Source: Verrucomicrobiota bacterium
GTDB taxonomy: Bacteria > Verrucomicrobiota > Verrucomicrobiia > Verrucomicrobiales > DEV007
NCBI GenBank assembly: GCA_045046875.1
Contig: JASFYY010000022.1
Location: forward strand, 32,376-96,375
Length of the DNA stretch: 64,000 nt
Direction: 5' to 3'
How positions within the stretch are numbered: position 1 is the stretch's first letter; every line of letters begins with the position of its first letter. The position numbers were made by a program, and so were the translations under genes. Below the pieces are notes generated by a model that had not been told where the DNA came from, made no database searches, and saw only the letters and a program-made list of their open reading frames with translations. Shown in pieces: positions 1 to 9,028 of this stretch.

Positions 1-1
1 C

Positions 2-463
2 ACTATTATCCCAAAAAGCCTGATGGGCAAAACCAGCGACGGCAAAGAGCAAGCGATCCACCCTTTGTGGTCGAGACGCCAAAGCACCAAATTTAATGGA
101 GCCAGCTACCCCATCCAACGCGGAGCCGAAGCGGTGTTTAGCGATGCGGGCAAGCAGCAGGTCAAAAATCTAGTCGACCACTACATGAGCAATGCTGACC
201 TCATCCGCGAGACCTGCGTGACTGCCGGACTCACCGTATACGGCGGAATCAACTCACCTTACGTGTGGGTCGCCTGTCCTGACGGGGTCGATTCGTGGGG
301 CATGTTCGACAGAATGCTCAACGAGCTCAACGTAGTCGTCACCCCCGGATCCGGCTTTGGCGCCGCCGGCGAAGGTTACTTCCGCATCTCGGCCTTCAAC
401 TCGAAAGATAACGTCGAAGAAGTCTGCCGCCGCATCAGCGAAAACCTGAGCCAAGCAAACTAA
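2..463 (+). CDS. dapL: LL-diaminopimelate aminotransferase, C-terminal part (truncated at window start)
   Basis: Frame is open from position 2 ([10 protein letters not shown]). Motifs [32 protein letters not shown] and [21 protein letters not shown] are typical of DapL. Confidence 0.92.
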   Translation, partial: TIIPKSLMGKTSDGKEQAIHPLWSRRQSTKFNGASYPIQRGAEAVFSDAGKQQVKNLVDHYMSNADLIRETCVTAGLTVYGGINSPYVWVACPDGVDSWGMFDRMLNELNVVVTPGSGFGAAGEGYFRISAFNSKDNVEEVCRRISENLSQAN

Positions 464-481
464 AGGCCTGTTTTTACTACC

Positions 482-512
482 GGCAAACCCGCAGGGAAGC
501 GGGTTTGCCTAC
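482..512 (-). repeat. GTAG-type REP-like hairpin / possible dapL terminator
   Basis: Perfect 11-bp stem GGCAAACCCGC-AGGGAA-GCGGGTTTGCC followed by TAC, so the minus strand begins GTAGGCAAACCCGC. Confidence 0.6.
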
Positions 513-570
513 CCGCCTTGCCAGCCCAAGATTTCGGCTGATTGAAAAGTCCCCCCCTATACCTCTCCCC

Positions 571-602
571 CATTCGTGTTCCTTAGTGTCCATTCGTGGT
601 TC
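571..602. repeat. 10-nt-periodic interspersed repeat, copy 1
   Basis: CATTCGTGTT CCTTAGTGTC CATTCGTGGT TC; matches the reverse complement of 20613-20644 at 27/32 positions. Confidence 0.7.
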
Positions 603-684
603 CCCATTCTTCCCCCTTACCCATATTCATAGCGTCATCACGTAGCTTGTTAAAACGCCGTCCATCCATTTCAATCATCACTAT

Positions 685-2187
685 ATGAAAATCTCGAATT
701 TTTGCTTTTTCGCCCTGCTGCTCTTATCGGCAGTATTCTATCTCGCCCCCGCACCTGCCACCGCACAGAACCCAAAAAAACCCAACATCATCTTCATCCT
801 GGCTGATGACCTGGGTTATGGCGACATTGGTTGTTTTGGCCAGAAGCTGATCAAAACCCCCAATCTCGACCGCATGGCCAAAGAAGGGCTCAAGCTCACC
901 AACTTCTATGCCGGATCGACCGTCTGCGCCCCTTCACGATCCGTCCTGATGACCGGACAGCACACCGGACGCACGTGGGTGCGCGGCAACGCTGGACGTA
1001 AAGGCATGCAAGCACAAACCCTGCGCGATCAGGATGTCACCGTCGCCGAAGTCCTGAAAGGCGCCGGATACAAAACCGCGCTGATTGGCAAATGGGGGCT
1101 CGGCGAACTGAACTCATCAGGCCATCCCAACAAACAGGGCTTTGATTACTTTTTTGGTTACCTCAACCAACGTCACGCCCACAACCACTACCCTGAATTT
1201 CTGATCCGCAACTCGGAGATCGTCAAGCTGCGCAACATCACCGATCCGGCTTACACCGCTTTGCGTAAGGAAAAAGGCCTGCCCGACGACGGTGCCGGTT
1301 GGGCCACCCCCGAAGGTCGCATTGACTACGCCCACGGACTTTTTGCCCAGGAAGCCCTGGACTACATCGGCAAAGCAAAAAACGACGAACCTTTCTTTTT
1401 ATATCTCGCATTCAACGTGCCACACGCCAACAACGAAGGCACTCGTGGCACAGGCAACGGTCAGGACGTACCTGACCACGGCATTTATTCCGACAAAGAC
1501 TGGCCGGATCCAGACAAAGGGCAGGCAGCCATGATCACTCTGATGGATCGCGACATCGGCCGCATCGTCACCCTCTTGGAGCAGAAAAAAATCGCTGACA
1601 ATACCCTGGTGATCTTCACCTCCGACAACGGCCCGCACAAAGAAGGCGGCAATCACCCTGAGTTTTTCCAAGCCAGTGGCCCCTTGCGCGGCATCAAGCG
1701 CGCGCTCTACGAAGGCGGCACCCGCGTCCCTACCATCGCTTGGTGGCCCGGCAAAATCGCCCCCGGCCGGATTTCCCAGCACCCCGCTTATTTTGGTGAC
1801 TTCATGGCCACCGCCGCAGAGCTGTCCGGCGGCAAAGCCCCCGGCAACATTCAATCCATCAGCCTCGTGCCCACCCTCTTAGGCAAAAACGGTCAGCAGA
1901 AAAAACACCCCTACCTGTATTGGGAATTCTACGAACAAGGCAGCAAACAAGCGGTGCAATTTGGCAAATGGAAAGCCATCCGCAAACCCATGTTAACTGG
2001 AAAAGTAGAGCTCTACGACCTCTCCAGTGACCTCGGCGAAAATAAAAACGTCGCCAACGAACATCCTAAAATCGTCAAGCAGGCGGTGAAATACATGAAA
2101 GAAGGTCACCACCCCGACCCCAAATGGAAAATCCCCGCTCCCAAGAAGAAAAAAGGCAATAACAAAGGCAAACCCAACAAAAAATAA
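685..2187 (+). CDS. Secreted arylsulfatase (S1, Cys-type)
   Basis: Signal peptide; [26 protein letters not shown] (CxPxR), [18 protein letters not shown]. Confidence 0.95.
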   Translation: MKISNFCFFALLLLSAVFYLAPAPATAQNPKKPNIIFILADDLGYGDIGCFGQKLIKTPNLDRMAKEGLKLTNFYAGSTVCAPSRSVLMTGQHTGRTWVRGNAGRKGMQAQTLRDQDVTVAEVLKGAGYKTALIGKWGLGELNSSGHPNKQGFDYFFGYLNQRHAHNHYPEFLIRNSEIVKLRNITDPAYTALRKEKGLPDDGAGWATPEGRIDYAHGLFAQEALDYIGKAKNDEPFFLYLAFNVPHANNEGTRGTGNGQDVPDHGIYSDKDWPDPDKGQAAMITLMDRDIGRIVTLLEQKKIADNTLVIFTSDNGPHKEGGNHPEFFQASGPLRGIKRALYEGGTRVPTIAWWPGKIAPGRISQHPAYFGDFMATAAELSGGKAPGNIQSISLVPTLLGKNGQQKKHPYLYWEFYEQGSKQAVQFGKWKAIRKPMLTGKVELYDLSSDLGENKNVANEHPKIVKQAVKYMKEGHHPDPKWKIPAPKKKKGNNKGKPNKK

Positions 2188-2196
2188 ACCCCTATT

Positions 2197-2220
2197 GTAG
2201 GGCAAGCGCTCCGCTTGCCC
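2197..2220 (+). repeat. GTAG-type REP-like hairpin between convergent genes
   Basis: GTA-GGGCAAGCG-CTC-CGCTTGCCC, a 9-bp stem. Confidence 0.6.
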
Positions 2221-2259
2221 ACGTCACCTTATTCTGCCCGCCCGCTCTTCCCAACTGCG

Positions 2260-2664
2260 CTATTTTTTACCCAGCTCGATCACCTCTTCCCGCCCATCCA
2301 CTTTGAGCTGCCAAGTGTCGTAGCTCCAAACTCCCCCAGCTTTAGTACCTTTGACGGTAATGGTTCCGCTGCCTTTTGGTCCTGACACCGGAATTGAGAA
2401 AGTCACGTTTCCACCGTCATTCTCAACATTAATGCTGCCCGACAGCATGAACCCGGGTTTGATCGGTTCGCCCAAAGCTTCAATCGCCACCTGATTCGCC
2501 TGAACGGCAACGATGGAATCTTTGTAAGGAGCATTACTCTTCAGCGCTTTTCCTATACCCAAACCCACCACCACCATCCCTATCACTCCCACCACCACCA
2601 AGCTCAGGCAGCCACAACCAATATATTTCAAAACAGGAGATTTTTTTTTGGCTTCTTGATTCAT
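2260..2664 (-). CDS. Coa1-like (cytochrome c oxidase assembly factor 1 family) single-TM protein
   Basis: One N-terminal TM (GCGCLSLVV...), then EALGEPIKPG, FSIPVSGPKGSGTITV and GVWSY. Start placed at MNQEAK to avoid overlapping the upstream gene. Confidence 0.75.
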   Translation of the reverse strand: MNQEAKKKSPVLKYIGCGCLSLVVVGVIGMVVVGLGIGKALKSNAPYKDSIVAVQANQVAIEALGEPIKPGFMLSGSINVENDGGNVTFSIPVSGPKGSGTITVKGTKAGGVWSYDTWQLKVDGREEVIELGKK

Positions 2665-2713
2665 AGTTCGAACACTTTGCCATCGTCTTGTCCAACTAGG
2701 CAAGCTAAAAAAA

Positions 2714-3589
2714 CTACTCCCTCTCACGCCACGACAGCAACCTCGGTGTGCCGTCGTCTTCCTCATTGGAATCCAAAAACCCCTGCTCCACTAAAAACCG
2801 ATCCGCGGCGCTGATGGTTCCTTCATAAGCCACCACATCGACATTCATATTATAAAAACTGTGGTCGTGGCCCTCGAAATCCACTAACTCGCAGACATTG
2901 CGCCGCCACTTCATCTTGCTGACAAATTTTTTCACCCCACTGAACGGCACCATCCGGTCAGCCGTGCCATGAAACAAAATACACGGCGGCAGCTTTTTCT
3001 GCATGTGACGAATGGGACTCGCCTTGCGAGCCTCCGTGGCGTCCTTGAAATGATCCAAGCCATAACCCTTCTTTGAAATGTCCACAATAGGACTGAACAG
3101 GATCATCGCATTCGGCACGCAACTGAGCTGCACATCGGTCTCATCATCTGCAAAATCCTTGATCATTGCTGCGGTCAACACCAGGTGGGCACCTGCCATA
3201 CCACCTGCTCCCACAATTTTAAACTCGTCGGCGCCAAAATGCTCCTTGTTGTAGCGCACCCAGCGAATCGCCGTTCGAGCATCAGCCATCGCTTCCATCG
3301 GCCCCGTACCGTGAGTAGAACTCACCCGATACTCAATCAGCATGGTGATCGCCCCACGATCGGCAAAATACAAACAATGCGGGCCGAACTGGGTGACTTC
3401 CCCTTGATCCCAAGAGCTGCTATAAAAAAACATCACCACTGGGCGATCCGTTCCCTTCCTTTCCCCTTTGGGGTAATAAACGTGGGCGTGAAGATCCTGA
3501 CCGCTCTCGATCTTCTTATAAACGAAACTCTCCGCTTGGGAGAGCAGTTCGTTTTGCCGGTCTACAACTGCGTTGATCGCCGGTCTCAT
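2714..3589 (-). CDS. Alpha/beta hydrolase fold protein (esterase-like, degenerate active site)
   Basis: EYRV, DARTAIRWVR, HGTADRMVP and H.F motifs of HSL-like esterases; the nucleophile elbow reads GGMAG. Confidence 0.85.
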   Translation of the reverse strand: MRPAINAVVDRQNELLSQAESFVYKKIESGQDLHAHVYYPKGERKGTDRPVVMFFYSSSWDQGEVTQFGPHCLYFADRGAITMLIEYRVSSTHGTGPMEAMADARTAIRWVRYNKEHFGADEFKIVGAGGMAGAHLVLTAAMIKDFADDETDVQLSCVPNAMILFSPIVDISKKGYGLDHFKDATEARKASPIRHMQKKLPPCILFHGTADRMVPFSGVKKFVSKMKWRRNVCELVDFEGHDHSFYNMNVDVVAYEGTISAADRFLVEQGFLDSNEEDDGTPRLLSWRERE

Positions 3590-3746
3590 ATAATTTTCTG
3601 GAACAAAATAAGCAAAATTTAAAAAGGTCTATATCAATCAGATCAAAGCAAAATTCAAGCCAAGGGCGAAAGGTTTTCGTACTTCCTATATACTCTATTG
3701 AGCACAATGCAAAAAACTGTGCCATGGTATCCAGACAACTCTGATC

Positions 3747-4631
3747 ATGAAGCCTCGAATCACACTCACTCTTCTTGCCCTCTGCTGCCTGCTGCCCAGA
3801 CTAACTCCAGCCGCTGACGCAACCAGCAAATCCAGTCCCGAGCTGCAAGCCACTCTGGAGACCGCCTACGCTGCATGGCGCACGGCCATGATCAATAAAG
3901 ATTACAAAAGCTGGCAAACAAGCACGGCCGCTTACCGCCAAATGGATACCCGCAACCGTATCATCTCGCAGCGCTTGCGTTTCCCCGATGCCATGTTTGC
4001 CGTTCCTCTCCAAGCTCCCGCTCTAACCCAACTCACCCTGCTGGATATTCTGGTCAAAGGCGACACCGCCAATGCTGTCTATTTTGGTAAAGCCGACTTC
4101 GGCCTTGGCGGCAATCAAGTTATCAGCGACAATTTCATGGTGCTCAAATATGTGCGTGAATCCAATCAGTGGAAATTCGACAACCTGCGCATCATCAAAT
4201 TTGGCAACGACCCCGATCTGTTACTAAAAATTCGCAACGCTGATTTCTCTTTCCTGAAAAATCCCGCTTTCCAACCCATCGGTCTGGCTCCCCTCGTCGC
4301 CAAACCTGTCGCCCCCCCGGCTTACTTAGCTGAGTTATGGATTGCAGCCAACGGCTTCGACGTCACCGTCAACGTCAATCGGGGCAACCACATAAGCCGG
4401 CTCAAAAATGATGACGGACGGGACCTGATCATCGGCGGACTGATAAAAGGAAAAAACACCATCAGCCTTTCCATCACTCCTGTGGACACTGAGAGCACCC
4501 TTCCCAAACGACTCGAAGTCGGCATCTATGCCGCCGAATCTGCAGGCAAGCCCGCCAAACGTGTATTTCACTACGCCCCCGATCTCGCCAAGGTTCCATT
4601 GAACCATGCGGTGAGCATCATGGTGCGCTAG
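3747..4631 (+). CDS. Secreted hypothetical protein (NTF2-like N-terminal region possible)
   Basis: Signal peptide MKPRITLTLLALCCLL...AA; 294-aa ORF with host-like codon use. Confidence 0.75.
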   Translation: MKPRITLTLLALCCLLPRLTPAADATSKSSPELQATLETAYAAWRTAMINKDYKSWQTSTAAYRQMDTRNRIISQRLRFPDAMFAVPLQAPALTQLTLLDILVKGDTANAVYFGKADFGLGGNQVISDNFMVLKYVRESNQWKFDNLRIIKFGNDPDLLLKIRNADFSFLKNPAFQPIGLAPLVAKPVAPPAYLAELWIAANGFDVTVNVNRGNHISRLKNDDGRDLIIGGLIKGKNTISLSITPVDTESTLPKRLEVGIYAAESAGKPAKRVFHYAPDLAKVPLNHAVSIMVR

Positions 4632-4638
4632 CCTCCCT

Positions 4639-5016
4639 TCAAAAACTCACATGTACCGATAAACTCCCACCGCCATGATGGTATCGGTGAATTGGGTAGG
4701 AATAGCTATGCGGCACATAATAATAAAAAGCCGGCGCATAGAGCGGGTAGCGATAGCCATAATCAATGCCACGACCGCGGCGCCCATAGTCCCTGCGTCC
4801 TCCAAAAACTGAATTTGATCTGCGCGGGCGGCGCTGATAAGAACGCCCCGGCTGGAAAACATAACCGCTAACGGTTTGCCCCTTGCTGTTTTTACCCAGC
4901 TCGCGAGTGACGATCTCGGCTTTACCGGATAGCGGCAAAACCACGCACCCCACATACAGCAAACCCGCTAATAACAAGCCCCTGGCAATACGATTTTTTT
5001 CTTTCCCGCTGTCCAT
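4639..5016 (-). CDS. Small secreted Gly/Tyr/Arg-rich hypothetical protein
   Basis: Signal-like N-terminus and low-complexity GRRDYG/YYY tail; a well-formed promoter lies directly upstream of ATG 5016. Confidence 0.6.
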   Translation of the reverse strand: MDSGKEKNRIARGLLLAGLLYVGCVVLPLSGKAEIVTRELGKNSKGQTVSGYVFQPGRSYQRRPRRSNSVFGGRRDYGRRGRGIDYGYRYPLYAPAFYYYVPHSYSYPIHRYHHGGGSLSVHVSF

Positions 5017-5023
5017 AGCCGAC

Positions 5024-5052
5024 AATATACCATCCAAGCACCTCAATTGCAA
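5024..5052 (-). promoter_or_regulatory. sigma70-type promoter, probably leaderless
   Basis: Minus strand reads TTGCAA-N17-TATATT-N7-ATG(5016). Confidence 0.6.
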
Positions 5053-5078
5053 TCATCGCAGAAATGGCTAACCCTTGG

Positions 5079-5498
5079 TCACTCTCCCATCACCGTGACC
5101 GCAATCCGGCGAGTGTGTGGTGCGCGACGGTGTTCAAACAGAAACAAACCCTGCCACGTACCTAGAGCCAATTCCCCTTGCAGCACTGGGATATTTTTAT
5201 CGACATCGGTCAGGCACATGCGGATGTGAGACGGCATGTCATCGGGGCCTTCATAGGTGTGCACAAAGTAAGGGGTGTCTTCTGGCACCAAATGATCAAA
5301 AAAAGCATGCAAATCCGTACGCGCAGACGGATCTGCATTCTCCATGATCACCAAACTACAACTTGTATGACAGACAAAAACCGTCGCCACTCCATTTTCC
5401 ACCCCGCTCTCATCAACCACCCGGGCAATCTCATCACTTATCTCATAAGTTCCTTTTCCACTGGTGGAAACAGAAAAACTATCGCTGAAAACTTTCAT
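5079..5498 (-). CDS. yjbQ: YjbQ/UPF0047 family protein (secondary thiamine-phosphate synthase)
   Basis: HTSCSLVIMENADP, HTYEGPDDMPSHIR, LGTWQGLFLFEHR. Confidence 0.93.
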   Translation of the reverse strand: MKVFSDSFSVSTSGKGTYEISDEIARVVDESGVENGVATVFVCHTSCSLVIMENADPSARTDLHAFFDHLVPEDTPYFVHTYEGPDDMPSHIRMCLTDVDKNIPVLQGELALGTWQGLFLFEHRRAPHTRRIAVTVMGE

Positions 5499-5541
5499 AA
5501 TATCTGCAAGCAACCTCGCATCAAAATTCTCCAACAACCGA

Positions 5542-6147
5542 CTAAAAACAACCCTTCTTCCCGCCGTCCAATACCCGTCCCTCTATTTCCCCGCGGTATT
5601 TCCCCACCCTGATCTTACGAGCGATTTTTTTCTCCACCCGGTCAAGAGCCTCCCGCTCACTCTCCGCCGAACGTATCGTCGTGCTCTGCTTACCACACAG
5701 GTTACATATAAAACGAACCCCCAGCCCACTGTCCCCATCGGGAACCACTTTGGGCTTCATCACTTCCGCACACTTATCGCATTCGCACCACAAATTAATC
5801 ACTTTGCCCTTCCACGAATAATCCCACTGCCACTCTACCCAAAAAAAGGTGTCTATTCGGTACTGACGCCAAACCTCGCTTTTGCCAAAAAACTTGCGAT
5901 ACAAACATCGCCCGAACAGAAAAACCAGGCCGAGTGTTCCCAGCAAGAGCAGATAAAAAACCACTAGCGGGGCGCTGAATGGTGACCACAGATGAGTCGC
6001 CACCACGCCATAAACATGCAAGCCACCTTCCACCAGTTCATGACTACTCAATGCAGCAAGGAGGACACCCACTGCTACCAGTCCTACGACCAGCACCATG
6101 CCAAGAAATATCCAGGTACCACGCCCCTTGTTCTGCTCATTCGCCAT
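5542..6147 (-). CDS. Membrane protein with C-terminal putative Zn ribbon
   Basis: Two to three hydrophobic segments, then WCECDKC ... FICNLCG. Confidence 0.7.
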   Translation of the reverse strand: MANEQNKGRGTWIFLGMVLVVGLVAVGVLLAALSSHELVEGGLHVYGVVATHLWSPFSAPLVVFYLLLLGTLGLVFLFGRCLYRKFFGKSEVWRQYRIDTFFWVEWQWDYSWKGKVINLWCECDKCAEVMKPKVVPDGDSGLGVRFICNLCGKQSTTIRSAESEREALDRVEKKIARKIRVGKYRGEIEGRVLDGGKKGCF

Positions 6148-6230
6148 AGTTTTTACTCTTTTTCAAATGAGTGTAACGCGCAAGTGATAAGCCTGGTATT
6201 TTCACCGTTTTTTGTAAATCTCTTAACATA

Positions 6231-8954
6231 TCACTGCATAAGCTTCGCGACAGAAACTGCCACTTGCCCTTCCTCCGCTTGCACCTTCGAAAGCACACAA
6301 CGAAAACCATACAATCCTTCCCTGATCGTTGGAGGTACGGCATTGCGGTAAGAACTCAGCAACAAATCCCGCTCAGACACGTTCCACGCCCCACCCCGCA
6401 CCACTTGCAAACCGGTATCGCCGCTATAAGCATCACTCACCCATTCCCACACGTTGCCCGCCAAATCGTAAATGCCAAGCGGGTTCGGTTTGTAATGGCC
6501 TACTGGTGAAGTTTTTTCAAAACCATCATCATAGCCTTTCAACACGTAGCGCCCCTTGGCACTTTTATCCGCAAAATTTCCACTGCCCGGTGGTGGTGGC
6601 CACTCTGCTCCCCAGGGAAAATGTTTACGGACTTTGCTGTCCCGTCGCTCAGGGGTCGCCCCAGTCTCTCCAGCCAATTCCGCCATCCGGCTCCACTCCA
6701 AATCGGTCGGCAAGCGATACTCTTCATTTGATTCGATCTTTCCTGAAGTCCGCTCAACTTCCGTCAACCATTGACAGAAATTCTCAGCATCCTTCAAGCT
6801 CACTCCCACCACCGGATGATCCGGGTCCTGAGTGAACCCCACCGCTGGTTTCCCTCCCGCCGGAGGGGCGTCAAGCAAGTAAGCATCAAAATCCACCACC
6901 CGGGTTTCATAGGCCGATGCCATCAGATCCTTATCCACTGGCACAAACTTCATCCCCAGACTGTTTTTCCAAGTCTCCCCGAAAATCACACTGCCATCCC
7001 TTTGCAAATCCACCTCGACCTGGAGTTCACGGTCTTGCTGGATCATACCACTACGAATTTGCTCCCCATGCCCCTCTTTTTTCAAAGTCACCGTGAATGG
7101 TCCCGCACGTACCTCGCGCAGCTCCATCGGCGTACGGCCGATCAAATGCCCCCGCCGATACACCCCGGCACCGGAAGGGTCACTGCTCACCAAAGCACCA
7201 CCAAACACATTGCCGATCACACAGAAAAAAGTCCCGTCCCGTCCCGGTGTGCCAGAGATCTGGGGCCGATGATACTGGCTCTCTCCCAGATACCCCTCCA
7301 TCTGATCCTGAGCCGTCATCCAATCGCAAAAGGCCCACTGACTCTCTTCATTCGCCAAAACCAATCCCTGCTTGCCCGCCACCGCAAACGGTCGCTGGGT
7401 TTTTTCCAAAAACGTCCCGAATTGGTCACGGGTGATTTCACTCGAAACATGCGTGCCATCTCCCGCCTCAAACCGAATCCCCAAATAATTCACCCACGCC
7501 GAACCATCCTTCGGGCGACGGTCACGGATTAAAGTCGTATTATCGTACTGGCGCCCTGCAATCAGCTCCCGTATCAACACCTTTTCCTGATAACCCGGAA
7601 GCTTCAATACCAGCTCCACCTTACCGGGAGGAAAGGTCAAAAAGCGCGTCGGTGTTCTGCCAAGCTCCTTGCCATCATGCATCACCACTGCCCCAATCGG
7701 GTGACTGAACACTTTAAACTCGGCCAGCTCCACTTCCTTTTCAATTTTATCCGGCGGCATATCCGCACTTTCATCACCATCTGCAAAGGCCGCCTCCTGT
7801 TCTTTCTCTTTGGCTGCCGCAGCCGCCATTGCCTGCATTTCCTTGGACATCACGGAAATCGACAAATCCCCCACTTCCGGAAAAAAAGAATCCACAATGA
7901 CAGGAGTGCCCCCGCCTCCAGGCATCGTGGCCCGCCCGATCGCATCTCCATTTTCACCGTCCTCCCTGTTACCCTCTTCCACACTACTTAGCTCCAAAGG
8001 AGGCGCCGTTGCCGGAGGGATACTGTAATAAACCAAGCCAATCGCTCCCGCCAAAAATAAAACAAATATTGCCGCCACAGCCATCCACGCCCGGCCATGC
8101 CATCGCGCTTCAGATTTCTCCTCCTGCTCACGAATGTTTTCCAGAGCCACCACCAGCGACTCAGCACTCGAATAACGCTTGCGGGCATTAGGCGCCCCCG
8201 CGCGACAGATCACTGTATTCAGCATCCTCCACTCGTCCCGGTTCACCGTTGGCGACAACTCCAGATTGGTCGGCAATTCCGGGAAATCCAGCCGATCCTT
8301 CCCGGTCGCCACCTCATAGAGCACCATCGCCAGACTATAAAGGTCCCCGGAAGCCGTGCCGGGCCCTTCCGGCGGCATATACCCCTCGGTGCCGACAAAA
8401 GAACGCTGCCCACTATGAGCCACCAAGCCGATATCCGCCAATTTGGCCTCGCCATTGACAAAAATAACATTGGAAGGCTTCACATCCCGGTGGGTCAAGC
8501 CATTCTGATGCAAATGCCCCAGCGCACCCGCAATGCGAATACCCAAAGTAACCCCATTCTGCACGTCCGTGCTCTGGCGAGCACGCAAATCCGAACTCAA
8601 TGTGCGTGGTTCATACGAATCCGGATCAATCTCCTGACCGTGAAAACAGTCATCACCCAATTCCATCACGTAAAAATAAAATTGCTTTGCCCGGTTCCTG
8701 CCAACATGCAGCACATCCACCAAGGCCGGATGATCCTTGGAAACATTCTCATATTTCTTGATCCCCTCGAACTCCCTCTCATAAGTGCGCTCCAGATCAA
8801 AATCCTTACGCTGCACCACCTTCACCGCACGCAAGGACCCCGTCACGCTGCGAGCCATCCACACCTCACCGTATGACCCTCCGCCGATTTTGCGCAGAAT
8901 CTCATAATCCGGAATTTCCGGTCTGTTGTCTTTTCCTTCGATAAGCCTGTTTAT
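6231..8954 (-). CDS. Hanks-type Ser/Thr protein kinase with TM, two PEGA domains and SUMF1/FGE-like domain(s)
   Basis: IGGGSYGEVW (upstream of the called ORF), RAVKVV, HRDVKPSN, DIG, GTEGYMPPE, DLYSL; TM; two PEGA GRTP motifs; NSLGMKFV, RLPTDLEW, DLAGNVWEW, GFRC. The start is non-canonical (see findings). Confidence 0.92.
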   Translation of the reverse strand: MNRLIEGKDNRPEIPDYEILRKIGGGSYGEVWMARSVTGSLRAVKVVQRKDFDLERTYEREFEGIKKYENVSKDHPALVDVLHVGRNRAKQFYFYVMELGDDCFHGQEIDPDSYEPRTLSSDLRARQSTDVQNGVTLGIRIAGALGHLHQNGLTHRDVKPSNVIFVNGEAKLADIGLVAHSGQRSFVGTEGYMPPEGPGTASGDLYSLAMVLYEVATGKDRLDFPELPTNLELSPTVNRDEWRMLNTVICRAGAPNARKRYSSAESLVVALENIREQEEKSEARWHGRAWMAVAAIFVLFLAGAIGLVYYSIPPATAPPLELSSVEEGNREDGENGDAIGRATMPGGGGTPVIVDSFFPEVGDLSISVMSKEMQAMAAAAAKEKEQEAAFADGDESADMPPDKIEKEVELAEFKVFSHPIGAVVMHDGKELGRTPTRFLTFPPGKVELVLKLPGYQEKVLIRELIAGRQYDNTTLIRDRRPKDGSAWVNYLGIRFEAGDGTHVSSEITRDQFGTFLEKTQRPFAVAGKQGLVLANEESQWAFCDWMTAQDQMEGYLGESQYHRPQISGTPGRDGTFFCVIGNVFGGALVSSDPSGAGVYRRGHLIGRTPMELREVRAGPFTVTLKKEGHGEQIRSGMIQQDRELQVEVDLQRDGSVIFGETWKNSLGMKFVPVDKDLMASAYETRVVDFDAYLLDAPPAGGKPAVGFTQDPDHPVVGVSLKDAENFCQWLTEVERTSGKIESNEEYRLPTDLEWSRMAELAGETGATPERRDSKVRKHFPWGAEWPPPPGSGNFADKSAKGRYVLKGYDDGFEKTSPVGHYKPNPLGIYDLAGNVWEWVSDAYSGDTGLQVVRGGAWNVSERDLLLSSYRNAVPPTIREGLYGFRCVLSKVQAEEGQVAVSVAKLMQ

Positions 8955-9028
8955 AGTGAACCCACTCTTCTTTTGTAGACGATCAAGTCATCTGCTTTAT
9001 TCATCGTTGCCTCTGCACCCGACATTGT

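Noticed and set aside
571..602. Decamer repeats or the 17-bp tandem repeat as a CRISPR array
   Set aside because: Units are too short, there are no unique spacers, and no cas genes are present.
6231..6980. SUMF1 domain as a DGR target or a sulfatase-maturing enzyme
   Set aside because: No reverse transcriptase or template repeat was seen in the window, and the catalytic Cys pair is absent.
6771..8876. Long plus-strand ORFs (253 aa, 259 aa) opposite the kinase, and similar shadow ORFs elsewhere (e.g. 14558-15253, 32365-32976, 35332-35910)
   Set aside because: Antisense shadows of well-supported genes with no recognisable motifs.
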